The position numbers and the translations under genes were made by a program. A stretch of 63,455 nucleotides of DNA, filler included, from Sphacelaria rigidula (lineage: Eukaryota): the NCBI GenBank assembly GCA_964200075.2. It is 7 parts of 7 records of this genome, joined end to end, with 100 filler letters (N's around TTAATTAATTAA, not from the genome) between each part and the next. Parts side by side here need not be neighbours in the genome. Positions count along the whole stretch, not along the records: positions 54,478 to 63,455 come from CAXNAA020009600.1; 6 more parts are not named here. One strand, 5' to 3'. Position 1 is the stretch's first letter. Each line of letters opens with the position of its first letter. Of this stretch, positions 60,362 to 63,455 are shown in pieces. The notes under the pieces were generated by a model, which saw only the letters and a program-made list of their open reading frames with translations, made no database searches and was not told the DNA's origin.

Positions 60362-63300
60362 GATAGGATGTATGGCGTATATACCACCGTTAATCGAGAA
60401 AAAATCAACAGGTGATGGCAGTTGGTTCTGATAGAACTTGGTCAGACACCTCCTATGTTTTGAGAGGGCGATTGATGAACAAGGCGAGGAAGTCTTCGCT
60501 TTCCACGCCCTCTGTTTATATGATTCTCCCTCTTTGCTCCTGCAGAGTTTACGGCTCAGTAGTAGAGGTTGTGGGTGACGGTGTACTGACTGTAGCGTTA
60601 GCTGTGAGGGGGGTGGCGGAGGAGTGGCAAAGAATATTTTGGGGTGAGTTGAGATGTTTTTTTTTCTCTGGTAGCGACCATCCCCTAAAAATCTACTTTT
60701 TGAGAGCGATCCATTGGACACTTACCCTAGTGCAGTGGCATCAATGTCAGGCCAAGTGCTGATGTTTCCTAAAATCAGTGAAATTCTAGAACATGATAGC
60801 ACCCACAACATTAACATTATGATACTAGAATCAATATAGACAAAAGATTGAAACACATAAATGCGATGAAGGCAACCGACTAGGGGGCAAGGTTTTGGGG
60901 ATGAGTGCATACATCGCAGCATCACAGCAGACTTTGATCGCTCTGCCACTCGGGCATATGATTAAGGTTCCACCTCATGAACGAGTGGACCATTGTAATT
61001 ATGCACGTTTTGGACTACGGACATGAACAGTTGGTCGTGTATGTATCAATCTGGTCTGTTGTTGTTGTTGTTGTTGTTGTTGCCAGTGGTTTGAATTTCG
61101 GATATTTGTTTTTTTGCATTCTCAACAAATCTGATTGGCCGCTGCTATCGTCGGTCTTACATGTTCGCGGTGCAGCAATACAGTCAGCAGCACATTGAAC
61201 AACAACACAGCAGCACAGGTCGGTGCAGGATAGTGCATCCAAGACGGCAGCGTTGCCAGGTTTTAATGCAATATGATGTTACGCCAACGAGCAAGCGCGG
61301 CTACGAAGGAGGCTCCACGGCCTCATATAGTACACGGCCAAGACCCAGGCATCCTTCCTTCTGGTGAGATACAGACTACCGCACTGACTGTATCGACCGT
61401 ACTGTCTGTACTGGGATGTACTTTGTACTGTACTGCATTGTACTATACTGTGCTGCACTCTAGTACAAAACACGTACTAGTGACGAAATGTGACAGTAAT
61501 ACCTTTAGGCGATAGATATCCGCCGTCGTGCCTCCTCGCCTTTGAAAATAGAAGTCGACGACGTTATTGCTGGGGGTGTTATCCCCCGTCACTCATCACG
61601 GTTGGCATTATATATGATTTTGTCGCAACAATAAGTGAGCGATGAAACATATATTTATGGTTTCTCATTGTTTCTCCCCATCTCTGCCCCTTCAGCACCG
61701 TGATGGATCTCTGTACTGACAGTACAGTATAGCAAGGTACAGAGCGGTACGCAGCTCGAGTCATGCAGTACATCTCCACCGAAAATACACAGCCGCAGAG
61801 GGTAACCATCGTTAGCGCTTTGGCCGTCAAGGTGGGTCATCTATTTGATCGGCATCATTTTCACCCGAAAAATGAAAAAAAGATCCTCCACCCACCCTTA
61901 CCGCCCGCGTCACGTGTTCAGTTGCTCAGTTGCTATTGTTGTTTTCTCCACATGATAGACCGTTCCGATATCTGCGCGGTACATCCGTACTGGGCATCTG
62001 ATGCGGACGCATTCCGTGGTCACAGGTTACTGTAGCTGAAATAAGGCATGGGCCAATTCATCAATTATGTTAGAGAAATAGTTTTATTTTTGAACAAGGG
62101 AAAGACAATTAATTAATTAGTTAATTGATTGTTGGTTGGATGGATGGATGGTCGGATGTATCTTATGTTGTAGATTTTATTTTTTGGGACAGGGGAAGGC
62201 CAATACTTTAATTAATTGACACTTTAATTAATTAATTAATTAATTACTTGATTTTAAATGATATATTAAACAAAGAAACAAAAATAGACCTTAAAAAAGT
62301 CGTTATCGATTTTACACCCTCGACAATAGAAGAAGTGTACTGCGTAATGTGTCATGATCATAGACCTGTTCCTGTCCACGTTGTTGCCCACTTGAAACCT
62401 GTCTGTAAGATCCCGATGAGCCACCTGCATGGGGGTCGTGAAACCCTTTGGTTCCAATTTTCCGGAATGATAGCTGCCGGAGCATGAGCGTACGTTCAAG
62501 TCATCTGGATTCTTGCTCAATTTTCAAGTGAAGGTGATGCCATGTTCAACAAGGATCTGCCTTGGCGATTATCAAAGGGGTTAACGCTTAGACCCCGAGG
62601 GTAGGTCACGTGCTGAATCGGCATCAATTTTAATTTGAAAAGAGTATGAGTAATCCAGATGGACTACCCGCACCGCCCTCTACGGGTTAAAACTCCGCGG
62701 ATGAACACTCTGGCCTGAGTCTGAATTCAGTTTTATTATGATGCCGGTCCAACTGTTGGACACCCATGGCGGGTGAGATGGTTTACACGCTCAGAGGACA
62801 ACTCTTGCTTGGCAGATTTAATCTGGATTATTTCACACCCTTAACAAGTAAACACACTGCCAAAAATTGTACTGCGTACAGTATTGACTATCGCGTCTAC
62901 TGCAATCGATAATACATGTGATACTACACGCAGTACAATTTTTGGCAATGCAATCTTTTGTCCAGGGTGTGGATTATTTTCGAAATACGAAAATCTGCTG
63001 CGTGTCCTTCCTCCAATCCGCTGATTATTCTGAAGCACAATTCATACTGATAATACTGTGGGTAAGCCGTGTCCGGCGGTTTTATCACAAAAATTCAAAC
63101 ATGCGCCACTTTCGAGGCCACCACAGGGATCGTCACAGGATTCAGGGGCTGGGCAGCTCTATTCAGGCCGTGTCTTGTCAAGGCCAAAAAAAGTAGCGGA
63201 AAAAGGAGCAAGCTCCTACAGCGGCAGGATGATTGATCGCCGTGCGGGTTATAGCCTCTGCCAGACGATCTGGATAAGAGGACTATCCACGAGGGACCCC

Positions 63301-63455
63301 TCCAGTAGCACTGGCCTCGTGCTTGACAAGTCCTTTCTTCTCACTTGTTATTATCGCGGAGTGATCCTCAACATACCACATCAAGAGCTAGACAGCAAGG
63401 GGCCACACAGATGAGGGTCATCAATCCAGGATCCCCTGTCCCCTGCGACTGCTCC

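Overview
Eukaryotic, repeat-dominated DNA. A large-genome brown alga (Phaeophyceae) or related stramenopile is my inference from the ~50% GC, GT-AG genes with kb-scale TE-filled introns and TE types. The window is not one locus. It is seven ~8.98-kb contigs (8980, 8980, 8980, 8980, 8979, 8978, 8978 bp), sorted by length and joined by 100-nt N spacers containing TTAATTAATTAA, so nothing can be linked across the spacers. Host gene fragments: C-terminal exons of coatomer beta' (COPB2), a Pin1-type parvulin, four phase-compatible exons of an EF-hand protein (possibly NPHP4-like), one cNMP-binding-domain exon and a basic short-intron gene. The rest is a near full-length degenerate LINE, Copia, Gypsy and hAT pseudogenes, two tRNA-derived SINE families and many MITEs. 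The most unusual signals are: (1) two related LINE families whose copies end in poly(C) rather than poly(A) and sometimes sit in C-runs; (2) a 219-bp TIR element with a 3-bp TSD and an internal (TTAGGG)n tract; (3) an 8-bp-TSD MITE carrying a 5S rRNA internal-promoter-like fragment inside a three-element nest; (4) tentative remnants of DUF6729-type and KDZ-type transposases. All family assignments come from motif recall, with no database search.
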